Source: Thainema sp.
Lineage (GTDB): Bacteria > Cyanobacteriota > Cyanobacteriia > Phormidesmidales > Phormidesmidaceae
Direction of reading: 5' to 3'
Assembly: GCA_052168235.1 (NCBI GenBank)
Contig: JBQLZK010000050.1
Coordinates: 1 to 57,957, forward strand
DNA length: 57,957 nt
A program made the translations under genes and the position numbers. The notes beneath the pieces were generated by a model that saw only the letters and a list, made by a program, of their open reading frames with translations, was not told the origin of the DNA and did no database searches. Below are positions 20,907 through 30,451 of the stretch, piece by piece (position 1 is the first letter of the stretch; the number at the start of each line of letters is the position of its first letter).

Positions 20907-22004
20907 TCAACTTGTCACCTGTTGCTGCTGAGGCTCGTTCACGTAAGCGGGTAGCCGAAACGCAAAGATGGCTCCCTGAGGCGAGCGTGATTCTGCCCAA
21001 ATTGTACCGTTATGGGCTTCGATAATCTGACGACTCAGATAGAGTCCTAGTCCGGTTCCTTTGGTTTGTCTATCGCCCGAACCTTGATAAAACCGATCAA
21101 ACAGGTGGGTCAAATCATCTGGGTGAATGCCTTGGCCTTCATCTTTAACCTGGATCAGGTGATAGCCATTACGAATTGCCAAACTAACTTCAACTCGTCC
21201 ACCTCGCAGCGAGTGGTTAATCGCGTTAGCGATCAGGTTGGTTAACACACGATGCAGTTGCAGTGGATCGGCAAAGACCCAATAGGCTCGGCGAAATTCA
21301 CTGCCCTCATGGTTGAGGTGAATGTGAACCTGGCGGGAGGCGGCCAGATTGGTGACATCGGCAATGGCCTCTTCGACTGACGCGACTAAGTTGACGGCTT
21401 CACAGTGCAACGGTAGCCCCTCCGCATCGTACCGATAGACATCCATCAGTGTATTGACAAGACTCAGCGTTTTTTGATGGCTGCGGGTCATGATGTCCAA
21501 CGCTTTGCGCTGTGGAAGAGTTGTTGCGCCAAACTGACCGTCTCGGAATGCTTTCAGCGTCTCTAATGCTCCTAACAGCGGCGTTTTGAGATCGTGAGTC
21601 AGCGTTGAAACGAAGTCTTCCCGCATCCGTGCTAGTTTCTCCTGAGCAATGAGCTTGAGCTGCTGACGGGTGATGGCTTCTTCATATCGCTGAATGCGAT
21701 CGCTCAACCAGCCCGTGACAATCAGCGCCAATACGGTAATCAGGCGATTCACGATTGCGATCGCAGTAATCGGTGATCTGCCGGGAATCACCAGATTGAG
21801 CAACGTGAGCAGCACGGCCATTGCTGTAATCACAACAGTTGCTTGCCGACCCAGGCGAGTGCTGGCTAGCAGTACCGCTCCAATGTAGAGATAGCCAAAC
21901 ACATAGGGAGGCGGCGTGCTGTACTCCAGCACAATCACCACAACAAATAACGCTCCAAGCAGCCAAAGCATTTTTTGACGGGCTTGCATTAGGTGATTAG
22001 GCAT
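20907..22004 (-). CDS. Membrane sensor histidine kinase divergent from kdpA (KdpD-C-terminal-like, Hik20-like); start uncertain (22004/22028/22103)
   Basis: Four short N-terminal TM helices, THDLKTPL H-box, NLIANAINHS, DEGQGI, FDRFYQ and GTGLGLY. Confidence 0.9.
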   Translation of the reverse strand: MPNHLMQARQKMLWLLGALFVVVIVLEYSTPPPYVFGYLYIGAVLLASTRLGRQATVVITAMAVLLTLLNLVIPGRSPITAIAIVNRLITVLALIVTGWLSDRIQRYEEAITRQQLKLIAQEKLARMREDFVSTLTHDLKTPLLGALETLKAFRDGQFGATTLPQRKALDIMTRSHQKTLSLVNTLMDVYRYDAEGLPLHCEAVNLVASVEEAIADVTNLAASRQVHIHLNHEGSEFRRAYWVFADPLQLHRVLTNLIANAINHSLRGGRVEVSLAIRNGYHLIQVKDEGQGIHPDDLTHLFDRFYQGSGDRQTKGTGLGLYLSRQIIEAHNGTIWAESRSPQGAIFAFRLPAYVNEPQQQQVTS

Positions 22005-22322
22005 AGATTGAGAAGTTTTTAAATGCATCTGAAGGCGGATTTTAGAGCGTTGAATCGAATAAATCAGGACTTCAATCGCGAGTTTACACAGACTGCTTGT
22101 CAATCTAGTTTAAGAGATAAAATCTGAAAAGCTTGCTGAAATATATCAGATGATATAGATGTTTAGGCAACAATCTAAACGCGTCTATAACTCCCGCTTA
22201 GCTGACTAGTTATAAATTCAGACTAAACTCACTTCTATACCTTCCATTTTCCAAAAAATAAGCTGACAATGATGCCATCAGCTCATCAGTAAATTGATGG
22301 CTAAAGGAGGTATACAAGCTTT

Positions 22323-22586
22323 ATGAAACCCTCTACATCAGTGCATCAGGTTTACATCAATAACGCTTATTTAGGTTCTCATTTAAGCAATATCCAGTTG
22401 CCTAAGCAGTGCTATTTGTTAGGACTAATCCGCAAGCATCAAGTCTTTACTCTGGCTGATGATCCAATCGTTTTAGAGCAAGACTGGCTTGTTGCAGTTG
22501 CACTTAATGAGTCTTTGATGCCAGAACTTGATCTGTGTTTGAAGGGGCGTAAAACGTTGGAATGTTTAAACGCTGGAACATTCTAA
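22323..22586 (+). CDS. Stand-alone TrkA-C/RCK_C-like small protein
   Basis: Strong AAAGGAGG RBS; YLGSHLSNIQLPKQCYLLGLIR...DPIVLEQDWLVAV resembles the TrkA_C pattern; first gene of the kdp run. Confidence 0.7.
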   Translation: MKPSTSVHQVYINNAYLGSHLSNIQLPKQCYLLGLIRKHQVFTLADDPIVLEQDWLVAVALNESLMPELDLCLKGRKTLECLNAGTF

Positions 22587-22684
22587 CGTTAGATCCTCTA
22601 AACTATCTCGACCAAAATAGCGAACGGCTATACGCGAACTAGAAAGACTGGACGTGTCTAATTTTTCAAGCCAAATAATTTATT

Positions 22685-24415
22685 ATGCTTCAAGGTTTTC
22701 TACAACTTGCGATCGCGCTACTCATTCTGTTAGCAGTGGCTCCTTTTTTAGGGAGGTATATGGCACGGGTATTTACGGAGCAACGAACAGTGCTCGACCC
22801 CGTTGCTATTCCATTAGAACGATTGTTGTTTACGACTGGGGGCTTTGCTAACCAGTCATCCATGACAGGCGGCCAATACGTCAGAGCCGTTTTAATTAGC
22901 AATTTAGTGATGGGAATTCTGATATTTCTCATCTTTATGCTGCAAGGCATTTTGCCTCTCAATCCCACTAACTTGGATGCGCCCAGTTGGGATTTGGCGC
23001 TGCATACGGCCATCTCGTTTGTTACCAATACCAACCAGCAGCACTATTCCGGCGAAACCACCTATAGCTACTTCTCACAGGTGGGAGCACTCGGCTTTTT
23101 GATGTTCACGTCAGCCGCGACGGGGATTGCAGTTGCGATCGCATTTATTCGTGGTTTGACGGGTCAACCTCTGGGTAATTTCTACGTTGACTTGACCTTA
23201 TCGATCACGCGGATTTTGCTGCCGATTTCGGTGGTGGGTGCGATCGCGCTGCTAATTGCCGGAGTGCCTGAAACATTTGCTGGCCCTGCCCTAGCTCAAA
23301 CCCTGGAAGGTGCGACTCAATATATTGCCCGTGGCCCGGTGGCTCACTTTGAAATCATCAAAGAACTGGGCGAAAACGGCGGCGGCTTCTTTGGCATCAA
23401 CTCGGCCCATCCCTACGAAAATCCCAACAACTTCACCAACCTACTGGAAACCATCATCATGGTGGTGATTCCGGCAGCGCTGATTTTGACCTACGGCATC
23501 ATGGCCGGAAAGCCGCGACAGGGCTGGCTAATCTTCGGCATGGTGTTTGTCTTCTACGCCGTGATGGTGAGCATTGCCGCTGTGGGCGAATTTCAGGGTA
23601 ATCCCCTTGTCAACAGCATTCTGGGCAGTCAAGCGCCCAATTTAGAGGGTAAAGAAGTCCGATTTGGCTGGGCACTGACCGCACTTTGGGCCGTGACGAC
23701 CACCGGGACAATGTGTGGTGCCGTCAATGGCATGCACGACTCGCTCATGCCTCCTGGCGGTTTTGCCACCCTCTCGGATCTGTTTTTGCAAATCATTTGG
23801 GGTGGTCAGGGTACGGGTACCGCTTATCTGTTCGTGTTTCTCATCCTCACTGTTTTCCTAACTGGGCTGATGGTGGGGCGCACTCCTGAGTTCTTGAGCC
23901 GCAAAATCGAAAAGCGGGAGATCGTCTTAGCCAGCATCATTCTGTTAGTTCACCCGATCGCCATTCTGATTCCCGGTGCCATTACTCTGGCCTTTCCTGA
24001 AACCGTTGGTGCCCCCGACGTCACCACCTTGGCAGGCATCACTAACCCCGGCTACCACGGCATTTCTCAGGTGATTTACGAATACGCCTCTGCTGCCGCC
24101 AACAATGGCTCCGGGTTTGAAGGGCTAGCTGATGGCACTCTTTGGTGGAACCTCAGCGCTAGCTTCTCACTGCTGATGGGTCGCTATGTCCCGATTATTG
24201 CGCTGATTTACCTAGCCGACAGCATGGCTCACAAACAGCCCGTCCCCGAAACCGCTGGCACTCTCTACACCGACACCCCTCTATTTACAGGCATTACCGC
24301 TGGCGTCATTCTCATTCTCGGCGCGCTCACCTTTCTGCCCGTTTTGGCATTGGGGCCAGTCGCAGAGGGATTTGCGATCGCGAAAGCCGCTGCCGAAGTC
24401 ACGGCTGGGCTCTAG
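22685..24415 (+). CDS. kdpA: K+-transporting ATPase subunit A
   Basis: [41 protein letters not shown] and [10 protein letters not shown]. Confidence 0.98.
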   Translation: MLQGFLQLAIALLILLAVAPFLGRYMARVFTEQRTVLDPVAIPLERLLFTTGGFANQSSMTGGQYVRAVLISNLVMGILIFLIFMLQGILPLNPTNLDAPSWDLALHTAISFVTNTNQQHYSGETTYSYFSQVGALGFLMFTSAATGIAVAIAFIRGLTGQPLGNFYVDLTLSITRILLPISVVGAIALLIAGVPETFAGPALAQTLEGATQYIARGPVAHFEIIKELGENGGGFFGINSAHPYENPNNFTNLLETIIMVVIPAALILTYGIMAGKPRQGWLIFGMVFVFYAVMVSIAAVGEFQGNPLVNSILGSQAPNLEGKEVRFGWALTALWAVTTTGTMCGAVNGMHDSLMPPGGFATLSDLFLQIIWGGQGTGTAYLFVFLILTVFLTGLMVGRTPEFLSRKIEKREIVLASIILLVHPIAILIPGAITLAFPETVGAPDVTTLAGITNPGYHGISQVIYEYASAAANNGSGFEGLADGTLWWNLSASFSLLMGRYVPIIALIYLADSMAHKQPVPETAGTLYTDTPLFTGITAGVILILGALTFLPVLALGPVAEGFAIAKAAAEVTAGL

Positions 24416-24484
24416 CTCTGGACAATCCATTAATTCGCTGAATGAACACCGTCAATTTGTAGTCCTTTTATCTCATCAATAGCC

Positions 24485-26572
24485 ATGACCAGTTCTACGC
24501 AACCCCGCCATCAGCCCGGTGGACCTCGTGAAGGGCGACGACACACGCCGAAAGTCGATATGTCCGGCCTTTACCAGCGGGCTTTCAAAGAAGCGTTCTT
24601 TAAACTCGATCCGCGCGTGATGGTGAAAAACCCCGTCATGTTTGTGGTGTGGGTGGGCACAATCATCACGATTTTGCTGACCTTCAATCCCGGACTTTTT
24701 GGCCCGGTGCCGGATAATCCAGTACTGTTCAACGGCCTGATTGCCATCATCCTGTTCTTTACCATCGTTTTTGCCAACTTTGCCGAAGCGGTGGCAGAAG
24801 GTCGCGGCAAGGCCCAGGCGGATGCACTGCGTTCTACTAAGTCAGAGACAACTGCGCGCAAGATTTTGGCCGATGGCTCTACCGAGGAAGTGTATTCCAC
24901 CAGTTTGAGCCGGGGCGATCGCATCAAGGTCATCGCTGGCGACATCATCCCCGCTGATGGGGAAGTGCTAGATGGGGTCGCCTCTGTGGATGAATCCGCC
25001 ATTACTGGGGAATCGGCTCCGGTGCTAAAGGAAGCGGGTTCCGATGTGGCTAGCTCCGTCACCGGGGGCACCAAGATCATTTCGGATGAGCTGACGATTC
25101 AAGTCACTGCCGATCCTGGTAAGGGCTTCATTGACCGCATGATTGCCCTGGTGGAAGGCGCTGAGCGCAGCAAGACCCCGAACGAAATTGCCCTGACGGT
25201 GCTGCTGGCGGTGCTGACCCTGGTGTTTTTAATCGTCGTCGCTACCCTGCCGACTCCCGCCGCCTATATTGGTAGCCCGGTGAGTGTGGCCATTCTGATT
25301 GCGCTGCTGGTGGCGCTAATTCCCACCACGATTGGGGGGTTGCTGAGCGCGATCGGGATTGCTGGGATGGATCGGGTGGCGCAGTTCAACGTGGTGGCGA
25401 CTTCGGGACGAGCGGTCGAAGCCTGTGGCGACATCAATACGCTGGTGCTGGATAAAACCGGCACTATCACTCTGGGTAATCGCTTGGCCGAGGAATTCAT
25501 TCCGCTCAATGGTCACAGTTTGGAGAAAGTCGCGTCGGTCGCGCTGGCCGCCAGCATCTTTGACACCACCCCCGAGGGCAAGTCCATCGTGCGGTTGGCG
25601 CAGCAGCAAGGAGCCACCATCGCTTTCGACAAAAACACAGCGGAAGCCGTGGACTTTTCCGCCCGCACCCGCATGAGCGGCACTAACCTGCCCGATGGCG
25701 GCGAAATTCGCAAAGGGGCGGTCGATGCGATTCGCGGCTTTGTCCGCTCCCGTGGTGGCCACGTCCCAGAAGGGCTGGATCAGGCATTCGAGAGGGTTTC
25801 CCGCTTGGGCGGAACGCCGCTAGCCCTCTGCCAGAATGACGACATTTACGGCGTGATTTACCTGAAAGACATCATCAAACCCGGCATTCATGAACGGTTT
25901 GACCAACTGCGGCGTATGGGCGTCCGCACGGTGATGCTGACGGGCGACAACCGCATCACTGCTGAGGTGATTGCGAAAGAAGCCGGGGTCGATGACTTTG
26001 TGGCCGAAGCCACCCCCGAAGACAAAATCCAGGTGATCCAGGCGGAGCAGGCGCAAGGCAAGCTAGTGGCCATGACGGGGGACGGCACCAATGACGCTCC
26101 CGCCTTGGCCCAGGCCAATGTGGGTCTGGCGATGAACTCCGGCACCCAGGCTGCCAAAGAAGCGGCCAACATGGTCGATCTCGACTCCGACCCCACCAAG
26201 CTAATTGACTTGGTCACGATTGGTAAGCAACTGCTGATTACGCGCGGCGCATTGACGACCTTCTCCATTGCCAATGACATCGCCAAATATTTCGCCATCA
26301 TCCCAGCCATGTTTGCGGCAGCGGGCATTGGCGCACTCAACATCATGGGCCTGAACAGTCCTCAATCCGCTGTCCTCTCAGCCTTGATTTACAACGCGCT
26401 GATCATCCCAGTTCTAATCCCCTTGGCCCTCCGAGGCGTAAAGTTCCGCCCATTGACCGCTAATCAACTGCTCCAGCGCAACATGCTGATCTTTGGCCTA
26501 GGTGGCGTCATTGCACCCTTTATCGCCATCAAGCTGATTGATTTGGCGGTTGGCAGCGTGGGCTTAGCTTAG
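24485..26572 (+). CDS. kdpB: K+-transporting ATPase subunit B (P-type ATPase)
   Basis: [19 protein letters not shown] phosphorylation site, KGAVD and [12 protein letters not shown]. Confidence 0.98.
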   Translation: MTSSTQPRHQPGGPREGRRHTPKVDMSGLYQRAFKEAFFKLDPRVMVKNPVMFVVWVGTIITILLTFNPGLFGPVPDNPVLFNGLIAIILFFTIVFANFAEAVAEGRGKAQADALRSTKSETTARKILADGSTEEVYSTSLSRGDRIKVIAGDIIPADGEVLDGVASVDESAITGESAPVLKEAGSDVASSVTGGTKIISDELTIQVTADPGKGFIDRMIALVEGAERSKTPNEIALTVLLAVLTLVFLIVVATLPTPAAYIGSPVSVAILIALLVALIPTTIGGLLSAIGIAGMDRVAQFNVVATSGRAVEACGDINTLVLDKTGTITLGNRLAEEFIPLNGHSLEKVASVALAASIFDTTPEGKSIVRLAQQQGATIAFDKNTAEAVDFSARTRMSGTNLPDGGEIRKGAVDAIRGFVRSRGGHVPEGLDQAFERVSRLGGTPLALCQNDDIYGVIYLKDIIKPGIHERFDQLRRMGVRTVMLTGDNRITAEVIAKEAGVDDFVAEATPEDKIQVIQAEQAQGKLVAMTGDGTNDAPALAQANVGLAMNSGTQAAKEAANMVDLDSDPTKLIDLVTIGKQLLITRGALTTFSIANDIAKYFAIIPAMFAAAGIGALNIMGLNSPQSAVLSALIYNALIIPVLIPLALRGVKFRPLTANQLLQRNMLIFGLGGVIAPFIAIKLIDLAVGSVGLA

Positions 26573-26584
26573 GAGAACTGAAGC

Positions 26585-27418
26585 ATGATGATTTTTTCTG
26601 ATTCACGATCTCAGTCCGATCGCTCAACTGAGCCATCTCAGGCATCGGATAACCAAACGGAAACCTCTGCGGATCAATCGTTAGCCTCTCCTGCAACCGA
26701 AAACAGCACCACACTATCCGCTGTTCCTGCTGCCAGTATCTTGATCATTCATCACGACACCGATACTCGGCTCACGTTAATGCAGTATCTCCAGATGGCT
26801 GGCTATCGGGTGGACTCAGTAGGGAACTGGGAAACTGCCTTTGAACAGTTGCAGCAGCGGCCAATCGATCTGGTGATTTTAGATTTAGCGATCTCTCGAC
26901 AGGCTGAAGGCGGACTGCTAGGACAGCTTTTGTCACTCTATCCCAGTACCCGCATTGTGATGATTTGCGATCGCTGTAATTTAGAGGATGCTGTAAACGC
27001 CATGAAGCAAGGTGCAGTGGACTTTATCCAAGAGCCGCATGGATATCTACAGCGCCCGTTCAATCCTGAGCGAATTCAATCTGTCGTGGCTGAAGCACTC
27101 CGCTATCCTCTACCCAACAACTTGGGGTTAGCAAACTACGACGAGCTAATTAGCCTCGCTCGACACTGTGCGCAGCAACACGACTTTGACCAGGCTCGCG
27201 AACTCATTGGCGAGGCTGTTAAACAATCGCCGAATCGACCTGAGGGGCTAACGCTGCTTGGGCAAATCACCGAATATCTGGGCGATCGGTTGGAAGCACT
27301 TAAACTCTACCGGGCTGCTCTCGGTCTTGACCCTTGCCATCAACCTGCCCAGCAAAACCTAGACCGAGCCGTAACCAATCACAGTAAAGAACGACCTCGA
27401 TTTAGCGTGAGCGACTGA
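26585..27418 (+). CDS. Atypical receiver-domain protein with C-terminal TPR
   Basis: AGGAG RBS overlapping the kdpB stop; REC fold (ILIIHHD, DLVILDL, AMKQGAVDFI) then TPR (FDQARELI...PEGLTLLGQI...YRAALGLDP). Confidence 0.8.
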   Translation: MMIFSDSRSQSDRSTEPSQASDNQTETSADQSLASPATENSTTLSAVPAASILIIHHDTDTRLTLMQYLQMAGYRVDSVGNWETAFEQLQQRPIDLVILDLAISRQAEGGLLGQLLSLYPSTRIVMICDRCNLEDAVNAMKQGAVDFIQEPHGYLQRPFNPERIQSVVAEALRYPLPNNLGLANYDELISLARHCAQQHDFDQARELIGEAVKQSPNRPEGLTLLGQITEYLGDRLEALKLYRAALGLDPCHQPAQQNLDRAVTNHSKERPRFSVSD

Positions 27419-27474
27419 ATCAAGCCGTTCCTGATTTGGTGTTTAGCGTGTTGATTTAGTTTAAGGACTTAAGC

Positions 27475-27867
27475 ATGATGATTTTCTCAAATTCCCAATC
27501 TCAGTCCGATCGCGTATCTGAATCATCTCCAGTACCAGGCAGATCAACAAAACCCGCTACAGATATCCCCCCGCTTCCCATACCCGCTAACTATGACGAG
27601 TTAATCAACCTTGCTCGCCAGTGCGCTCAACACCATGACTTTGACCAAGCTCGCGAACTGATTGGAGAAGCGTTTAAGCTGTCGCCTGAGCGGCCTGAAA
27701 GTCTAACGCTGATTGGACAAATCACCGAATATCTGGGCGATCGCTTAACCGCGATTAAATTCTATCGGGCTGCTCTTGGCCTTAATCCCTGCCATCATCC
27801 TGCTCAGGAAAACCTAGATAGAGCAGCATCGAATCATACCCGAGCACGACCCAGTTTCAGTGACTGA
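27475..27867 (+). CDS. TPR protein, tandem paralog of the preceding gene lacking the receiver domain
   Basis: Shares the MMIFS.S.SQSDR start and a near-identical ANYDELI..AR.CAQ.HDFDQARELIGEA...LDRA C-terminus with 26585-27418. Confidence 0.85.
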   Translation: MMIFSNSQSQSDRVSESSPVPGRSTKPATDIPPLPIPANYDELINLARQCAQHHDFDQARELIGEAFKLSPERPESLTLIGQITEYLGDRLTAIKFYRAALGLNPCHHPAQENLDRAASNHTRARPSFSD

Positions 27868-27916
27868 ATGCGTGGACTGATTGCACCACGGATGATGATT
27901 AATGGAGATTAACCCA

Positions 27917-28168
27917 ATGAAACAATTCAACTTACAGTTTCTCGAACTAGTTGATATTTGCCTCGAATCCATTCAGCAGCGGCGACATCGTGTGGCTTGG
28001 GGCTTATTGATTGTCCTGTGTCTGAATGTTGCGATCGCACCTGCCCTCTATGCCGCCGATGACACTCTCAGCCGTGGCAACGCCTATGCCTTGGGGCTAC
28101 TCGGCCTTGTCGTCGTCGGTCTTGCCATCTATCTCACTGCCGTCATCCTGCAACCCGAGCGCTTCTAA
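27917..28168 (+). CDS. kdpF: Extended KdpF-like (cyanobacterial KdpG-type) small membrane subunit
   Basis: Two hydrophobic helices ending LAIYLTAVILQPERF (KdpF PERF signature), between kdpB and kdpC; GGAG RBS before ATG 27917. Confidence 0.8.
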   Translation: MKQFNLQFLELVDICLESIQQRRHRVAWGLLIVLCLNVAIAPALYAADDTLSRGNAYALGLLGLVVVGLAIYLTAVILQPERF

Positions 28169-28171
28169 ATC

Positions 28172-28330
28172 ATGTTGAAAAAACTCATCAACCAATTCCG
28201 CGAGCAGCTTCGCTTAATTCGGATGCAGCGTCGCATCCAGAAAGTAGAGCTAGAGCGAGTGCGTGAGCGCCATCATCGCCGCCACAGTAAGGGATCAGAC
28301 TCAGATCCAAACTCCAATTCTCACGATTAA
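28172..28330 (+). CDS. Unannotated 52-aa basic small protein in the kdp operon
   Basis: Manual translation MLKKLINQFREQLRLIRMQRRIQKVELERVRERHHRRHSKGSDSDPNSNSHD; ATG 3 nt after the kdpF/G stop, filling most of the gap to kdpC. Confidence 0.55.
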   Translation: MLKKLINQFREQLRLIRMQRRIQKVELERVRERHHRRHSKGSDSDPNSNSHD

Positions 28331-28365
28331 TTATGTTGTTTTTGTTGTTAGGGAGAAAACTAGCC

Positions 28366-28938
28366 ATGATTCGAGATCTGGTCATTAGCATTCGCACCAC
28401 TGCTGTCCTATGGGTTCTGACCGCAGCCATTTATCCGCTCTTGATTTTTGCAATTGGCCAAATCGCCTTTCCCGCCCAAGCCAGTGGTAGCCTGATCACA
28501 ACTGAACAAGGACAAGTGATTGGTTCTACCCTAATTGGCCAAGCCTTTAGCAGTGAAGAATATTTCTGGAGCCGCCCCAGCGCAGTCGGTTACAGCACTG
28601 GTGAAGACGCTGCCCCCACTGGCCTATCGGGAGCCACCAACCTTGCCCCTAGTAACCCAGATCTGATCGCATTCGTTCAAGAACGATCCGAAATTCTTGA
28701 GACCGCCGAGATTGAGCCAACTGCCGATCTACTCTACAGATCCGGCTCTGGCCTTGACCCCCATATTTCCCCCGCCAGCGCTCTAGCACAAGTGGAACGC
28801 ATCGCTGCTGTTCGTAATGTGTCACCCGATGATCTGCAAGCCCTGATTACTGAAAACATCGAAGATCGCTTCCTCGGCATCTTCGGCGAACCCGCTGTCA
28901 ACACCGTCACCCTCAACCTAGCGTTAGATCAGCTTTAG
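28366..28938 (+). CDS. kdpC: K+-transporting ATPase subunit C
   Basis: GSTLIGQAF, YFWSRPSA, SGATNLAPSN, SGSGLDPHIS and FGEPAVN; GGGAGA RBS before ATG 28366. Confidence 0.96.
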   Translation: MIRDLVISIRTTAVLWVLTAAIYPLLIFAIGQIAFPAQASGSLITTEQGQVIGSTLIGQAFSSEEYFWSRPSAVGYSTGEDAAPTGLSGATNLAPSNPDLIAFVQERSEILETAEIEPTADLLYRSGSGLDPHISPASALAQVERIAAVRNVSPDDLQALITENIEDRFLGIFGEPAVNTVTLNLALDQL

Positions 28939-29073
28939 ACTTATGCAATGTTAAAGCGTTAGTGCGTTCCAGCCTTTCAAACTTCTAATGTCCCAATATT
29001 CAGCTAACGTTCTAACGCACCAACGTTCTAAACCCTCCTACCCTCTAACCTTCTCACTCCCCTCAACCCTTCC

Positions 29074-30192
29074 ATGTACGATCCCGCCGCTATCACCTCT
29101 ATCGATGCGACTACCAATCCCACCCCGCCCGCCCGTCGAGGCAAGCACAAGATTTTCATTGGTATGGCTCCTGGTGTTGGCAAAACCTACCGCATGTTAG
29201 AAGAAGGCCATGCACTTAAACAAGATGGTGTCGATGTAGTCGTTGGCTTACTGGAAACCCACGGACGGGAAGAAACCGCCAGCATTGCAGAAGGACTAGA
29301 GCTGATTCCACGACAGTCTGTGAACTGGCAGGGACGCACACTGACCGAAATGGATGTGCAGGCTATTCTAGAACGCCATCCCCAGATCGTCCTGATTGAT
29401 GAACTGGCTCATACCAACCTACCCGGCTCCCACTATGAGAAGCGCTATCAAGATGTGGAAGCGGTTTTAGATGCTGGTATTGATGTGTATTCAACCGTCA
29501 ATATTCAGCACCTCGAAAGCCTCAATGATCTGGTGCATCGGATCTCTGGAGTCGTAGTGCGAGAGCGAGTACCGGATCGACTGTTAGAAGAGGCCGATGA
29601 AGTCGTGGTCGTGGATGTCACGCCAGAAATGCTGCAAGAGCGGCTGCAAGAGGGCAAAATCTATGCTCCCGAGAAGATTGACCAGGCTTTGGAAAACTTC
29701 TTTCAACGCCGCAATCTGGTTGCACTAAGAGAGCTAGCACTGCGTGAAGTGGCAGACAATATCGAAGAAGAACCGTCTGAATCAACTCAGCATCCCTATT
29801 GCAATATTCAGGAGCGAGTTTTGGTCTGTATCTCTACCTATCCCAACTCGATCCAACTCTTGCGTCGAGGTGCCCGGATTGCTAATCACATGAATGGTCG
29901 CCTCTTTGTGCTATTCGTTGCTCATCCGGATCGTTTCCTATCCAAGCCAGAGGCTCTGCATGTTGAAACCTGTGAGCGGCTTTGCCAGGAATTTGAGGGT
30001 GAATTTTTGCGGGTCAAATCGACAGATGTGGTCTCGGCCATTGTAGATACAGCCAATACGTATCGCGTCACTCAAATTGTTTTGGGTGAAACTCGGCGTT
30101 CCCGCTGGCAGTTGTTGATTAAGGGATCAATCGTACAGCGGCTGATGCGATCGCTTCCGTTCGTTGATCTACACATTATCGCGAATACGTAG
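29074..30192 (+). CDS. kdpD: Truncated KdpD (N-terminal KdpD domain plus USP domain; no TM or kinase)
   Basis: GMAPGVGKTYRML Walker A, DELAHTN, KRYQDV, NIQHLESLND and LRELALR; USP domain ends the protein at 372 aa. Confidence 0.95.
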   Translation: MYDPAAITSIDATTNPTPPARRGKHKIFIGMAPGVGKTYRMLEEGHALKQDGVDVVVGLLETHGREETASIAEGLELIPRQSVNWQGRTLTEMDVQAILERHPQIVLIDELAHTNLPGSHYEKRYQDVEAVLDAGIDVYSTVNIQHLESLNDLVHRISGVVVRERVPDRLLEEADEVVVVDVTPEMLQERLQEGKIYAPEKIDQALENFFQRRNLVALRELALREVADNIEEEPSESTQHPYCNIQERVLVCISTYPNSIQLLRRGARIANHMNGRLFVLFVAHPDRFLSKPEALHVETCERLCQEFEGEFLRVKSTDVVSAIVDTANTYRVTQIVLGETRRSRWQLLIKGSIVQRLMRSLPFVDLHIIANT

Positions 30193-30451
30193 TTAGTTGA
30201 TAGTATCAACTTTGCGTCATGCCGCTGCTGAACTAGGGAAGGTCTTCTTCACTCACAAAATTTGCTAAGCTCTCCCCCTAGGTTATGGACTGTTTGGCGA
30301 TTGCCGTGCTGTCCTTTCGCTAGGAACGAATTGCACTCCCTCCTACCCTTAACTTCCTGCCCCAAACCCAATTTTTTATGAGAAACATACGCGGCAGCTT
30401 TGACAAACCATAAACTGATACTGTGGCTAATGAGAACCCGCGACTTCGCCC

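Noticed and set aside
20322..20954. 210-aa plus-strand ORF and the many other antisense ORFs over metH, kdpB, recQ, TpsA and CHAT
   Set aside because: Shadow frames of well-supported genes with no recognisable motifs
28188..28430. 80-aa minus-strand ORF in the kdp operon
   Set aside because: Antisense to kdpC and to the better-placed plus-strand 52-aa ORF
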